DNA of 64,000 nt, taken from the NCBI GenBank assembly GCA_040289885.1, contig PSLZ01000006.1, forward strand, positions 37,211 through 101,210, written 5' to 3'. The notes below the pieces were generated by a model. It did not search any database. It was not told where the DNA came from and saw nothing but the letters and a program-made list of their open reading frames with translations. The translations under genes and the position numbers were made by a program. Positions 26,978 through 36,941 of the stretch are shown here, piece by piece. Position 1 is the first letter of the stretch, and each line of letters starts with the position of its first letter. Origin of the DNA: Armatimonadota bacterium. GTDB taxonomy: Bacteria > Armatimonadota > HRBIN16.

Positions 26978-28003
26978 CTATCCTCCTCCTGTAGCCCAAC
27001 GCCAGTAGGCTTCCCACAAACCCAGCACATAGGGCTTACCAATGAGTGCGAGAAGGGTGGAAGCCACGATATAGGGACCGAAGGGAATGGTAGTGATACC
27101 GGGAACGAACTCCTCTTCCTCAAGTGGGGATGCGCTTTTTTTCTGTGGGAAAAGCCACCCCCGCACCCCATCCACCACGAACAGCACCACGTCCAGCGCC
27201 ACCAGCAAAGCCAGGCTGTAGAGTAGCATCTGCGCGAGCGGCTCCGGGGATGCCAATGGAGCCGTGTCAGAAGGTGCGGGTTCAGCGACAGGGTGTTGTT
27301 TGAGGGTAAGCACGACCAGAAGCCCTCCTACCACCGCTCCCAGCGCCACCGCACCCGCGAAAGCCAGCAGAGCGAGCTTGAGCGGAATCATCGCGCCGAT
27401 CGCTCGCGCCAGTTTCACATCTCCAAATCCCAGCGCATCCTTTCGAAACATCACTCGCCCCATCAATGCGATGGTTGCAAACACTGCCGTACACACCACT
27501 GCCCCCACGAGGGCATAGGGCAATCTCCAACCGCCCACCAGCACCCACGCTTGCGGGTCCCCTTCTGCGATGAGCATCAGGTTGCGGGCGATGCCCAACA
27601 CCAGCATAAAAACGTTTAAGCCATCAGGTATCAAGAGATGTTCCAGATCGATGAAAAAGGCAGCGATCAGCGCCGCGGCGAACAGCACGTAGAACAGGGT
27701 ATCCCAGCTCCAGCCGTAGCGCCAGTAAATCCCCCAAAAGAGCAATCCGGTAGTCAGTTCCACCCAGAAATAGCGCCACGAGATGCGCGCTCCGCAGTAA
27801 CGACATCTGCCCCTTTGCCACAAGAAGCTCAGCAGGGGCACCAGGTCTTTTGCGCCCAGCTCGGTCTTGCAGTTCGGGCAGTGGGAGCGTGGTTTGACTA
27901 TCGATAAACCACGCGGGAGGCGGTAGATGAGCACGTTCAGGAAACTGCCTACCACCGCCCCATAGAGAAACACCACCAGCCCGATGTACCAATCTGGCAT
28001 CAC
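26978..28003 (-). CDS. pilD: Prepilin peptidase (A24 family) PilD.
   Basis: An N-terminal zinc-binding CPNC...CRYCG tetra-Cys precedes the multi-TM A24 domain (IDLEHLLIPDGLNVFMLVLGIA, GFGDVKLARAIGAMI). Confidence 0.85.
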   Translation of the reverse strand: MMPDWYIGLVVFLYGAVVGSFLNVLIYRLPRGLSIVKPRSHCPNCKTELGAKDLVPLLSFLWQRGRCRYCGARISWRYFWVELTTGLLFWGIYWRYGWSWDTLFYVLFAAALIAAFFIDLEHLLIPDGLNVFMLVLGIARNLMLIAEGDPQAWVLVGGWRLPYALVGAVVCTAVFATIALMGRVMFRKDALGFGDVKLARAIGAMIPLKLALLAFAGAVALGAVVGGLLVVLTLKQHPVAEPAPSDTAPLASPEPLAQMLLYSLALLVALDVVLFVVDGVRGWLFPQKKSASPLEEEEFVPGITTIPFGPYIVASTLLALIGKPYVLGLWEAYWRWATGGG

Positions 28004-28056
28004 GCGTTGGCTTCTGTCCTCCGCTCTGGCTGGGGGGCGAAACCGCCCCCCAGCGA

Positions 28057-29292
28057 TTATTGTCCGCCAGCGCCGCCTTCCTGCTGGCCGCCCGCAAGGC
28101 TCTGCACCGCGGTAACCAGCGGCAACAGCAAGGAGATGACGATGAAGCCCACCATACCGCCCAGCAGAACGATGAGCACGGGTTCAATCGCGGAGGTGAG
28201 CGCTTGTACGGTGGACTCCACCTCGGACTCGTAGAAGTCCGCCACTTTGGACAGCATCTGGTCGAGCGCACCCGATTCCTCACCGATGGAGATCATATGC
28301 ACCACCATCGGCGGGAACATACCGCTCTTTTCCAATGGCGGTCCGATGCGGTCACCCTCGCGGATGCGGGCACGGGCTTCCATCACCGCCTCGGCGATAA
28401 TCTCGTTCGCCACGGTGCCAGCGACCGTCTCCAGCGCCTGCAGGATGGGCACGCCGGAGCTAAGCAGGGTGCTCAGCGTGCGCGAGAACCGCGCCAGAGC
28501 GATCTTGTGGTTGAGCGGACCGAACACCGGCAGTTTCAGTTTCAGGCGGTCATAGAGTCTGCGTCCGATGCGCGTGCGCACGAACATCCGGAAGGCGATG
28601 ACCACGAGTACCACGACGGCGATCATGACGTACCATCGGCTGGTGAGGAAGTTGCTGAAGTCCATCAGCATCCGCGTCATCACTGGGAACTCTTTGATGC
28701 GCAGGTCTTTATACACGTCAAAGAACTTGGGCAGGATGAAAGTCACCAGCCCGATAACGACCACCAGCGCGACGATCACCACGATGGCGGGGTAGACCAT
28801 CGCGGCGCGCACCTTACGGCGCAGGGCAACGTCGGCTTCGAGGAACGCTGCCAGACGCTGAAGGCTCTCTTCCAGAACGCCGCCCACTTCTCCAGCGCGG
28901 ATCAAGCCGATGAACAGGTTGGAGAACACGTTGGGGTATTTGCTCATCGCCTTGGACAGGGTTTGACCAGCTTCCACTTCCGCCTGGATGTCAACCAGGA
29001 TGCGGCGCAGTTTGGGGCTTTGTGTCTGCTGAGCCAGCACGTCCAGACTGCGCACGATCGAGACGCCCGCATCCTGCATGGTCGAGAACTGGCGGCAGAA
29101 GATCGCCAGGTCGCTGAGTTTAACGCGCCCCCAACCGCCACCGGGTCGCTGAGCACGAATCTGGCGCACTTCGGTGACGGTGAAGCCCTGTTCCTGCAGT
29201 CGCTTGCGCAGGATTTCCGCGCTTTCCGCCTCCGAAGTGCCCGAACGCACCGTGCCCATCGAGTCACGGAAGGTGTAGGCAAAAGTTGGCAT
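28057..29292 (-). CDS. pilC: Type IV pilus assembly platform protein PilC/GspF.
   Basis: 411 aa with a duplicated GspF domain (LAIFCRQFSTMQDAGVSIVRSLDVLAQQT..., ...ARFSRTLSTLLSSGVPILQALETVAGTV...). Confidence 0.85.
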   Translation of the reverse strand: MPTFAYTFRDSMGTVRSGTSEAESAEILRKRLQEQGFTVTEVRQIRAQRPGGGWGRVKLSDLAIFCRQFSTMQDAGVSIVRSLDVLAQQTQSPKLRRILVDIQAEVEAGQTLSKAMSKYPNVFSNLFIGLIRAGEVGGVLEESLQRLAAFLEADVALRRKVRAAMVYPAIVVIVALVVVIGLVTFILPKFFDVYKDLRIKEFPVMTRMLMDFSNFLTSRWYVMIAVVVLVVIAFRMFVRTRIGRRLYDRLKLKLPVFGPLNHKIALARFSRTLSTLLSSGVPILQALETVAGTVANEIIAEAVMEARARIREGDRIGPPLEKSGMFPPMVVHMISIGEESGALDQMLSKVADFYESEVESTVQALTSAIEPVLIVLLGGMVGFIVISLLLPLVTAVQSLAGGQQEGGAGGQ

Positions 29293-29375
29293 TAAGCATC
29301 CCTCCTCTACGAGTAGCGGGTTACGTGTCCGTCACCCTTTACTGACGCACCGCAAGCGGACGCCTGCGGGTCTAT

Positions 29376-30566
29376 TTATCGCCCACGGGCAACCACCGTG
29401 CCCTCGGTCACGGTGGGCGTAATGAGCTTCTTGAGCTCATCGGAGTTCATTGCCCGCGACAGTGCCTCTTCGAGTGTAATCCAGCCCTTCATGTACAGGT
29501 CGCGCAGGGACTGGTCCATCGTTTGCATCCCCACGTTCGCGCTGGTCTGGATGACCGAGGTGATCTGGTGTGCCTTGTTTTCGCGGATGAGGTTTCGGAT
29601 CGCCGGGGTAGCGATCATCACCTCAACGGCGGGCACACGTCCCGGTTGTCCCGCGCGCGGCAACAGTTGCTGGCAGATAACCGCCTGGATGCTGTTGGAC
29701 AGTTGGATACGGATCTGCTCCTGCTGTCCGGGCGGGAACACGTCCACTATCCGGTCGATGGTGGTAGCGGCGCTGTTGGTGTGCAGGGTTGCCAGCACCA
29801 GGTGTCCGGTTTCCGCCGCGGTGATTGCCAGCGCGATAGTTTCGGGGTCCCGCATTTCGCCCACAAGGATCACGTCCGGGTCTTCGCGCAGGACCGCCCG
29901 CAGGGCGTTGTGGAACGATTTGGTATCCTGCCCCAGTTCGCGCTGGTTAATGATGCTGAAGCGGTGCGTGTGCAGGTATTCGATAGGGTCTTCGATGGTG
30001 ACGATATGCACGCTCCGCTCCATATTGATCTGGTTAATCATCGCCGCCTGGGTGGTGGATTTACCCGAGCCGGTGGGACCGGTCACGATGATCAGTCCGC
30101 GAGGCAGGCGGGTAAGCTCTTCCAGCACCGGGGGCAGGTTCAGTTCGCGAATAGTGGGGATGCGGGTCGGAATCAGTCGGAACGCTGCGGCGACCGCTCC
30201 CCTATCGCGGTATACGTTCACACGGAACCGCGCCATTTTGCCCAGCGAGTAGGAGAAGTCCAGCTCCAAAGTGCTCTCGAACCGCTGGATCTGTTCGTCG
30301 GTCAGGATATCGTACATCAACCGCTGGGTATCCTGCGGGGTCGCTTTTTCATAATTGGTGGGGATTAACCTGCCGTCCACGCGGATAACGGGCGGTATGC
30401 CTGCGCACAGATGCAGGTCGGACGCTCCTTTTTCCACGACGATGCGCAGGAGGTCATCGATATGGGCATCTTCCAGACTGCGCGGGCGCACTGCTGCCGC
30501 CGCGGAGGTGGCGGATGGTTGCCCCCCGATGGTTGGTTCGATATCGAACTGCGTCGTCTGCTCCAC
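29376..30566 (-). CDS. pilT: Twitching-motility retraction ATPase PilT.
   Basis: ASDLHL..., Walker A GPTGSGKST, and a PilT-type signature around VAAQRLLP; here LATLHTNSAATTIDRIVDVFPP...AVICQQLLP. Confidence 0.85.
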   Translation of the reverse strand: MEQTTQFDIEPTIGGQPSATSAAAAVRPRSLEDAHIDDLLRIVVEKGASDLHLCAGIPPVIRVDGRLIPTNYEKATPQDTQRLMYDILTDEQIQRFESTLELDFSYSLGKMARFRVNVYRDRGAVAAAFRLIPTRIPTIRELNLPPVLEELTRLPRGLIIVTGPTGSGKSTTQAAMINQINMERSVHIVTIEDPIEYLHTHRFSIINQRELGQDTKSFHNALRAVLREDPDVILVGEMRDPETIALAITAAETGHLVLATLHTNSAATTIDRIVDVFPPGQQEQIRIQLSNSIQAVICQQLLPRAGQPGRVPAVEVMIATPAIRNLIRENKAHQITSVIQTSANVGMQTMDQSLRDLYMKGWITLEEALSRAMNSDELKKLITPTVTEGTVVARGR

Positions 30567-30591
30567 GGAAACTTCTGCCTCCTTTGAGTGA

Positions 30592-32361
30592 TTAGTGTCC
30601 TGCGGTGAAGACCACGCGCATCACTTCGTCCGGCGTGGTAACGCCTTCGAGCACCTTCAGCAAGCCGTCTTCGCGCAGTTCATGCATACCGTTCGCCTTA
30701 GCGGCGTCGCGGATGTCTGCCAGAGGCGCACGTCGGACGATCAGCTCCGCGATTTCGTCGTTCACGCGCATCAGTTCGAAGATACCGATACGTCCGCGGA
30801 AGCCGGTGTATCGGCACGCTTCACAGCCTCGCCCGCGCCACAGGGTGACCATCTGGTTGGGATGTTCGGGACGGAAGCCGAAGCGCCTCAGGTCCGCGGC
30901 AGGCACTTCATAAGGCTCTTTGCAGTGCGGGCAGAGGCGTCGTGCCAGACGCTGTGCCAACACGCCGATGACGGTCGCCGAGATCAGGTAAGGCTCCACG
31001 CCCATATCCACCATACGGATCGCCGCAGACGGGGCGTCGTTTGTGTGCAGGGTGGTCAAGACCAGGTGTCCCGTCAGCGAGGCTTCGATGGCGATTTCGG
31101 CGGTTTCCAAGTCGCGCATCTCACCGACCATGATGATGTCCGGGTCCTGGCGCAGGAAGGAGCGGAGAGCGTTGGCGAAGGTTAAGCCCGCTTTACGGTT
31201 GACCTGCACCTGGCTGATGCCCGGCAGTTGGTACTCCACCGGATCCTCAATGGTGATGATGTTCTTCTCGATGGAGTTCAGTTTGTGCAGGACGGAGTAC
31301 TGGGTGGTGGTCTTGCCCGAACCGGTTGGACCGGTAGAGAGCACCATGCCGTTGGGCTGAACCACCAGTTCCTCGAGTTGCGCCTGCACTTCGGGGGTGA
31401 ATCCCAGTTTCTCCAGGCCGATGAGGATGCTGGTCTTGTCCAGGATGCGCATCACGATCTTCTCGCCCATGCCGGAGCTCAGGTGCACCGGGATGGAGGA
31501 GACGCGCAGGTCGTAGTCTTTGCCTTCCACCCGGATAGGGATACGCCCATCCTGCGGGAGGCGTCGCTCGGCGATGTTCATCTCCGCCATGATCTTGTAG
31601 CGCGAGATGAGCGGAGCCTGGATGTATTTGGGCAGGGTCATGATTTCGTGGAGCACGCCGTCAATGCGGTAGCGGATGCGCACGCCGCGCTCTTGGGGTT
31701 CGACATGAATATCGGAGGCGCGCTCCTTCACCGCCTGCTGGATGATCGTATTGGCGATGCGCACGATGGGCGCCTCTTCCGCCACGCGGGCGGCGCTTTC
31801 CACATCCTCCTCGTCCACGTTCATGCCCACACCGACTTGCGCGATGTCGGCTTTGATTTGCGCCATCATTCCCCCGCCCACCGGTGCGGCAGCTGCTTGC
31901 GTCTCCTGTTCGGGCGCCCTGCCTACCACCGACTGGTAGGCGCGGTTAATGGCATCCTCGATGGCGTCTGCTGCTGCCAGTGCGGGGCGAATCGTGCACC
32001 GCGACACCAGCCGCAGGTCATCGAACGCCAACACGTTGTTCACGTCCGCCATCGCCACGGTCAGCACGTTGCCGTCTTTGAGGATGGGCACGACCTTGTG
32101 CTGGCGAGCAATTCGCTCAGGGACAACATTCACCGCGCTGGGGTCAATGGTGAAGGTGTTGAGGTCCACAAAGGGAACCCCCAGCTCCTGCGCACGCGCT
32201 TCTGCCACCTGTGCAGGCGTTGCCCACTGGTTCTCGACGAGTATCCTGCCCAGCTCTCCGCCCGAACTGCGGTGGATTTTCTGTGCCTGCTCCAGCTGTT
32301 CGCGCGTGATGTAGCCTCGCTCGACCAGGTATTCGCCTAGGCTTTTTCTTACCGTTGCCAT
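30592..32361 (-). CDS. pilB: Type IV pilus assembly ATPase PilB/GspE.
   Basis: 589 aa. N-terminal GSPII domain (MATVRKSLGEYLVERGYITREQLEQAQ), Walker A GPTGSGKTTT, and a tetra-Cys CPHC...CEAC. Confidence 0.85.
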   Translation of the reverse strand: MATVRKSLGEYLVERGYITREQLEQAQKIHRSSGGELGRILVENQWATPAQVAEARAQELGVPFVDLNTFTIDPSAVNVVPERIARQHKVVPILKDGNVLTVAMADVNNVLAFDDLRLVSRCTIRPALAAADAIEDAINRAYQSVVGRAPEQETQAAAAPVGGGMMAQIKADIAQVGVGMNVDEEDVESAARVAEEAPIVRIANTIIQQAVKERASDIHVEPQERGVRIRYRIDGVLHEIMTLPKYIQAPLISRYKIMAEMNIAERRLPQDGRIPIRVEGKDYDLRVSSIPVHLSSGMGEKIVMRILDKTSILIGLEKLGFTPEVQAQLEELVVQPNGMVLSTGPTGSGKTTTQYSVLHKLNSIEKNIITIEDPVEYQLPGISQVQVNRKAGLTFANALRSFLRQDPDIIMVGEMRDLETAEIAIEASLTGHLVLTTLHTNDAPSAAIRMVDMGVEPYLISATVIGVLAQRLARRLCPHCKEPYEVPAADLRRFGFRPEHPNQMVTLWRGRGCEACRYTGFRGRIGIFELMRVNDEIAELIVRRAPLADIRDAAKANGMHELREDGLLKVLEGVTTPDEVMRVVFTAGH

Positions 32362-32491
32362 CGCTCTCTCACCCCGTCTCGTCGTTTCGGTCCCACTTGG
32401 TGCTTCTCGCGCCAGAAGCGGGTGTGCCTTGAATGATTCCTCAATTCACCAGACAAGCGATTATAGCACGATCGCGCAAGACTCGCAACCT

Positions 32492-33367
32492 CTACACCAC
32501 CTGTTCTGCAAACTCCATGCCAAGCGCTTTACGCACCACTTGTTCCATCACATCCACTGGAGGATATTGTCCCGTCCACAACCGAAACGATTCCGCGCCC
32601 TGATACACCAGCATCTTTACGCCGTTGATGGTGCTACATCCTCTTTTTTGCGCTTCGCGCAGTAACCGGCTGACCGGCGGATTGTAAATCAGGTCATACA
32701 CCAGCATATCCGGGTGCAGTCCCTCCAGCGGGATGGGTGGCATCTCTTCCACGCGAGGGTACAGCCCCAGTGGGGTGGTGTTCACCAGCACCCGCGCCCT
32801 CTGCATGGCGTGTACCACCGCGGGGTCGGTGTACTGCAGGGCATGTGCTTCCGCTCCCAGTTCCCACAACATCTGCGCCGCCCGGTCGCGGTGGCGGCTG
32901 ACGACTGTCACCTTTGCGCCAGCCTGAATGAGCGCGTTGGCTACCGCCCGTGCCGACCCGCCCGTGCCCAGCACCACCACTTCTAAATCCTCATCGATGG
33001 ACAAACGCTCTGACTCCAGCGAGCGCAGGAATCCGATGCCGTCGGTGCTGGTGCCGTAGAGTGTACCGTCCTCGCGGCGGCACACGGTATTGACCGCGCC
33101 GATCTGTTTAGCCACCTCGCTCAGGTCATCCATCAGCGGGGGGATGAGCTCTTTCAGCGGTACCGTGATGTTGGCGCCGCGAAAGCTCATGGCACGCAGT
33201 CCAGCCACCGCCTCCTGCACGTACTCGGGTGGGGTGAGCAGGGGCACGTAGATCCAGTCCATATTCAACGCTTCGAACGCCGCGTTGTGCATGGCTGGCG
33301 AGAGGCTATGCTCTACCGGATAGCCCATCACACCCACCACCTGTGTCCGCCCAGTAATTACCCTCAC
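32492..33367 (-). CDS. aroE: Shikimate dehydrogenase.
   Basis: VVGVMGYPVEHSLSPAMHNAAFEALNMDWIYVPL... and VVLGTGGSARAV. Confidence 0.85.
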   Translation of the reverse strand: MRVITGRTQVVGVMGYPVEHSLSPAMHNAAFEALNMDWIYVPLLTPPEYVQEAVAGLRAMSFRGANITVPLKELIPPLMDDLSEVAKQIGAVNTVCRREDGTLYGTSTDGIGFLRSLESERLSIDEDLEVVVLGTGGSARAVANALIQAGAKVTVVSRHRDRAAQMLWELGAEAHALQYTDPAVVHAMQRARVLVNTTPLGLYPRVEEMPPIPLEGLHPDMLVYDLIYNPPVSRLLREAQKRGCSTINGVKMLVYQGAESFRLWTGQYPPVDVMEQVVRKALGMEFAEQVV

Positions 33368-33382
33368 GAACCGACCCCCCCT

Positions 33383-33946
33383 TTATTTCTTTGACGTCAG
33401 GACAGTTCCTGCGGTTCCCGCGCTCTGTGTTAACACACCAGCCCGTCGATAGAGCCATAGTAAAGTTCGCTCTAAAAGGCGGCTTACCTTCGTACCGAGG
33501 AACTCGTGCCGTGCCATCGGCGCGACTAGGATGGTGCGCATACCCATCCGGTTGCCGCCCCAAACGTCGGTGAATATCTGGTCGCCGATCATGACCGCCT
33601 GTTGGGCTGTTGCGTTCAGCCGTTGCAGTGCCTGGCGCAACCCATATCGGCGCGGTTTAAAGGCTTTGGGCACGTAGGCGATGTCCAGTTCCTTTGCCAG
33701 TATCTCCAGCCTGCGCCGGCGGCGGGTATTGGACACCAGGCACAGGCGCAAGCCCGCTCCCTTCATCGCCTGAATCCACCGGCGCACCGGCTCGGGCACG
33801 TCTAGTTTCTGCCAAGGCACCAGGGTGTTGTCCAGGTCCAGTAGAACCGCCTGAATGCCCTGTTGTTTCAGGCTTGCCGGGTCAATATCGGTCACGCTGG
33901 AGACGACCTCATCGGGGCACCAGCGTAGCCAGCCTTGTTTGTTCAT
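33383..33946 (-). CDS. YqeG-family HAD phosphatase.
   Basis: VLLDLDNTLVPW (the HAD DxD motif), ...LVSN..., ...MIGDQIFTDVWGGN. Confidence 0.7.
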   Translation of the reverse strand: MNKQGWLRWCPDEVVSSVTDIDPASLKQQGIQAVLLDLDNTLVPWQKLDVPEPVRRWIQAMKGAGLRLCLVSNTRRRRRLEILAKELDIAYVPKAFKPRRYGLRQALQRLNATAQQAVMIGDQIFTDVWGGNRMGMRTILVAPMARHEFLGTKVSRLLERTLLWLYRRAGVLTQSAGTAGTVLTSKK

Positions 33947-34965
33947 GGTATCGCTCGCGCTCGCTCTGCGCGCGCCCGTGCCACAGCCATATGATGCTCC
34001 TGTAAGGTGCGCGTGAAGATGTGACTGCCGTCTGGACGCGCGACGTAATACAGATAGTCTACTTTCGCCGGGCGAAGCGCCGCTTCGATACAGGCGATTC
34101 CCGGATTGGCAATCGGTCCCGGCGGTAGCCCTCTGCGTCTGTATGTATTATAATCGGAATCTACTTGCAAGTCACGATATAGCACGCGCGGCTTGTGTCT
34201 GCCCAGCGCGTAGAGCACGGTAGCGTCGATCTCCAGGTTCATGCCCCGCTTCAAGCGGTTGTGGATGACGGCGGAGATTAGGGGGCGGTCTTCGGGTACT
34301 TTCGCCTCGCGCTCGATGAGGGAAGCAATGGTCAGAATCTGGTGAAAACGGAAGCCCGACCGTTCGATTTCGGCACGATATTTCTGGTAGACCTCTCGTT
34401 CCAGCAGGGAGAGCATGCTCTGGATCGCTTGGCGTGCGCCGGTGCCTCTGGGAAAGCGATAGGTGTTGGGGAAGAGGTAGCCTTCCAGATTCTTGGGCAG
34501 GGGGAAGGCAGCTCGGAACGAGTCGCCTTCGGCGGTTGCCAAGCGCAGGAACTCTTCCGAGCGCGCCACACCGCGCTCTTGTAGCACGCGCGCAATCTGG
34601 CGAAGGGTGTAACCCTCTGGGATGGTGACCCAGCTGGTTGCCACGCGTCCTTCGGCGATGGTTCGCGCGATCTGCAAAGGGGACATGCTCGGGCGCAGTT
34701 CATACTGTCCCGGCTGGAGGCGGTCGCCCCAGCCCTTCCAGCGCACCACCCATTCGAACGCCCACGCCCGGCGGATGATGCCCATCTGCTGGAGTTTGTG
34801 TGCTATCTGACGGGCGTTCATGCCCGGCGTGATGCGCACCAACTGCAGTGCGCCCCTACCCACAGGCTGAAACTGCCACCAGAGCCATCCACCGGCTATC
34901 AGCAGTATCAGCACTACCACCCCGACAACGACCAGCCATTTAACCCGAATCCAACTGGGCATCAC
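33943..34965 (-). CDS. mltG: Endolytic murein transglycosylase MltG (YceG family).
   Basis: N-terminal TM WLVVVGVVVLILLIAGGWLWW, and the YceG core EGYLFPNTYRF..., IASLIEREAKVPEDRPLISAVIHNRLKRGMNLEIDATV. Confidence 0.8.
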   Translation of the reverse strand: MMPSWIRVKWLVVVGVVVLILLIAGGWLWWQFQPVGRGALQLVRITPGMNARQIAHKLQQMGIIRRAWAFEWVVRWKGWGDRLQPGQYELRPSMSPLQIARTIAEGRVATSWVTIPEGYTLRQIARVLQERGVARSEEFLRLATAEGDSFRAAFPLPKNLEGYLFPNTYRFPRGTGARQAIQSMLSLLEREVYQKYRAEIERSGFRFHQILTIASLIEREAKVPEDRPLISAVIHNRLKRGMNLEIDATVLYALGRHKPRVLYRDLQVDSDYNTYRRRGLPPGPIANPGIACIEAALRPAKVDYLYYVARPDGSHIFTRTLQEHHMAVARARAERARAIP

Positions 34966-35389
34966 GGTTCTCCTTCGCGCCGCGCTGAGCGAGGTATCTT
35001 TCTAGTATCAGCGCCGCTGCAACCGCATCGACCTTCTGCCGACGCCGTTCGCGCCGCACCTCCGCCTCCCTCATGCGCCGATCCGCCTCCACCGTGCTGA
35101 GTCGCTCGTCCATCAGCGCAATTGGCACGTTCAACACGGCGCGTAGGTGCGCCACGAAAGCCTGTACTTTGTGCACCGCCTGCGCCTGCTCGCCGCGCAA
35201 AGTGCGGGGCTGTCCCACCACCACTTCGCCGGCCGCATGCTGACGTAGCATCTGCGCGATGCGCTCCACGTCTTTGGCGATGCTCTCGCGCTCGATGACG
35301 GTCAACGGCTGGGCGATGGTTGCGGTTTCGTCGCTGAGCGCTACGCCGATGCGTCGTTCTCCGATATCCAGTGCCAGTATCCGTGTCAT
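34940..35389 (-). CDS. ruvX: Putative pre-16S rRNA nuclease / Holliday-junction resolvase-like RuvX (YqgF).
   Basis: MTRILALDIGERRIGVALSDETATIAQPLTVI... It overlaps the mltG start by 26 nt. Confidence 0.8.
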   Translation of the reverse strand: MTRILALDIGERRIGVALSDETATIAQPLTVIERESIAKDVERIAQMLRQHAAGEVVVGQPRTLRGEQAQAVHKVQAFVAHLRAVLNVPIALMDERLSTVEADRRMREAEVRRERRRQKVDAVAAALILERYLAQRGAKENRDAQLDSG

Positions 35390-35705
35390 TAGTTCTCTGT
35401 CGTATTGTACCGCACGGGGATCGGGATAGCAACAGCGGTCAGGCGGGGGAATGGGGGGTTGACAGGCAGGGGGCGAGTGTTATCGTGAATGTGGCTTCTT
35501 GAAGCCAGAGGTTACTCAACAAGGCAGAATATACTTAACTTAAAAATGACGCCTAGGGAAGCACGTCGTTGTGTATGGGTTCAGTTGTTGTTGTGGAATG
35601 TGGGTATGGCGGTGTGTTTTTGTGTATGGTATGTGCTGGGGGTAAGTGATGGGTCGCTGGTGGGCAGTTCAAGAATTTTTTTCTCGAACACCCTCGAAAG
35701 TGCTT

Positions 35706-35735
35706 GACACCCTCAGCCGAGCGGAGTATACTTAG
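35706..35735 (+). promoter_or_regulatory. Sigma70-type promoter upstream of the H-X9-DG prepilin-like gene.
   Basis: cTTGACAccctcagccgagcggagTATACTta is a consensus -35, a 17-nt spacer and a near-consensus -10. It lies about 135 nt upstream of the ATG at 35870. Confidence 0.4.
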
Positions 35736-35869
35736 GCTAAATATCTATGCAAAAGGAGGTGGTGTGGGTTACAGGATAAGTAGGTGTCCGCATGAGATTT
35801 ACTTTTTTCCATGGCGCAACGGTTCGTAAACCAATTTCATCACTTTACAAACAAGAAGGAGGGTGCCAC

Positions 35870-36718
35870 ATGAAACGACATGGTTTTACGCTCATCGAGC
35901 TGCTGGTGGTTATCGCGATCATCGCGATCCTGGCGGCGATTCTGTTCCCGGTGTTCGCACAGGCACGCGAGAAGGCGCGACAGGCAAGCTGTCTCAGCAA
36001 CACCAAACAGCTAGGGCTTGCGTGGGCGATGTACGTGCAGGACTACGACGAGCGCACCACACCCGCAAAGGTTTGTAATCACACGTACTCGGGTGCCAAT
36101 CCGGTTCCCGGACGTTACCTGTGCTGGGGGGCGCGAACAGACTACAACTGGAACTGGGATTGTGGGGCGCCATATGCTGGCTGGTACGACTTGCTGGCAC
36201 CCTACATGAAGAACTACGGCATCCTGCGCTGTCCCTCCAACCCGAACCGTGGCTACTATCCTTATGACAGCGCAGGTAACCCTACCGCCGAGACCGCACC
36301 TGGGGGCAGTTGGGAAAACTTGAGGAATACCTACGCGGTGAACTTCTATGCGGTGGCGACGAATATCATCTGGAACCTCGCGTCCACCAGGAGCTGCTAT
36401 GCCAACTGGGACGGCCGGGGTGCGAACATCGCGAAGTTCTCCGCTCCCGCCAGCCTCATCGCTATCGTGGAGGCGTACGGCACCTGCCCGGATATCCGCA
36501 ACGTGGTTACCAATGTGGACTGCTCCGCGCACAACCGAGGCTCCAACTACATCTTCGCAGATGGGCACGCCAAGTGGATGCGGATCGTCGCCACGCTGGC
36601 ACCGGAGAACCTTTGGGTGGATGCTTCTGAGCCGGATGGGCGCGCCTGTGTGGCTAACGCCTATATGAATCGGCTGACCTCCGACTCCCGTACCAGCACC
36701 CAGTGCCTCGGTCAGTGA
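35870..36718 (+). CDS. DUF1559 'H-X9-DG' protein with a prepilin-type N-terminal cleavage/methylation domain.
   Basis: RBS ggaggg then ATG: MKRHG|[57 protein letters not shown]-terminus [16 protein letters not shown] (H-X9-DG). It is paralogous to 39071-39892. Confidence 0.85.
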   Translation: MKRHGFTLIELLVVIAIIAILAAILFPVFAQAREKARQASCLSNTKQLGLAWAMYVQDYDERTTPAKVCNHTYSGANPVPGRYLCWGARTDYNWNWDCGAPYAGWYDLLAPYMKNYGILRCPSNPNRGYYPYDSAGNPTAETAPGGSWENLRNTYAVNFYAVATNIIWNLASTRSCYANWDGRGANIAKFSAPASLIAIVEAYGTCPDIRNVVTNVDCSAHNRGSNYIFADGHAKWMRIVATLAPENLWVDASEPDGRACVANAYMNRLTSDSRTSTQCLGQ

Positions 36719-36728
36719 GGGGGCAGGG

Positions 36729-36941
36729 ATGAGCAAGCGGGCTGTTTCGTTTCCGTCTGGCGTCTGGGTTGCGCTCATCGTCGTCTGCGTGCTCATCGTC
36801 GTCGGTCTGCTGTGGCTGTATCAGGAGCGCTCCTCAAGGTTGGCGACGGAAGCCTTCCGGCGCGGGGCGGAGGAAGAGTCCTATCGGGAAGGCGAACTGG
36901 GGCATCTGCCGGGACAGGTACCCGTTCGCACTGCGCGGTAG
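36729..36941 (+). CDS. Small membrane protein (70 aa), hypothetical.
   Basis: It starts 11 nt after the preceding stop with RBS gggggcaggg: MSKRAVSFPSGVWVALIVVCVLIVVGLLWLYQE..., a single TM. Confidence 0.35.
   Translation: MSKRAVSFPSGVWVALIVVCVLIVVGLLWLYQERSSRLATEAFRRGAEEESYREGELGHLPGQVPVRTAR

Noticed and set aside
35529-35534. Second sigma70 promoter (ttgaag...tatact) upstream of the GT-rich tract.
   Set aside because: The spacing between the only TTGAAG-like hexamer and the TATACT box is 25 nt, which is too long. Only the -10 box is credible, so it is mentioned only within the sRNA hypothesis.
35489-35707. 72-aa ORF in the ruvX / H-X9-DG intergenic region.
   Set aside because: It spans the C-depleted GT-rich tract. 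It has no RBS, and its composition is driven by the nucleotide skew. The region is better read as non-coding (see finding).
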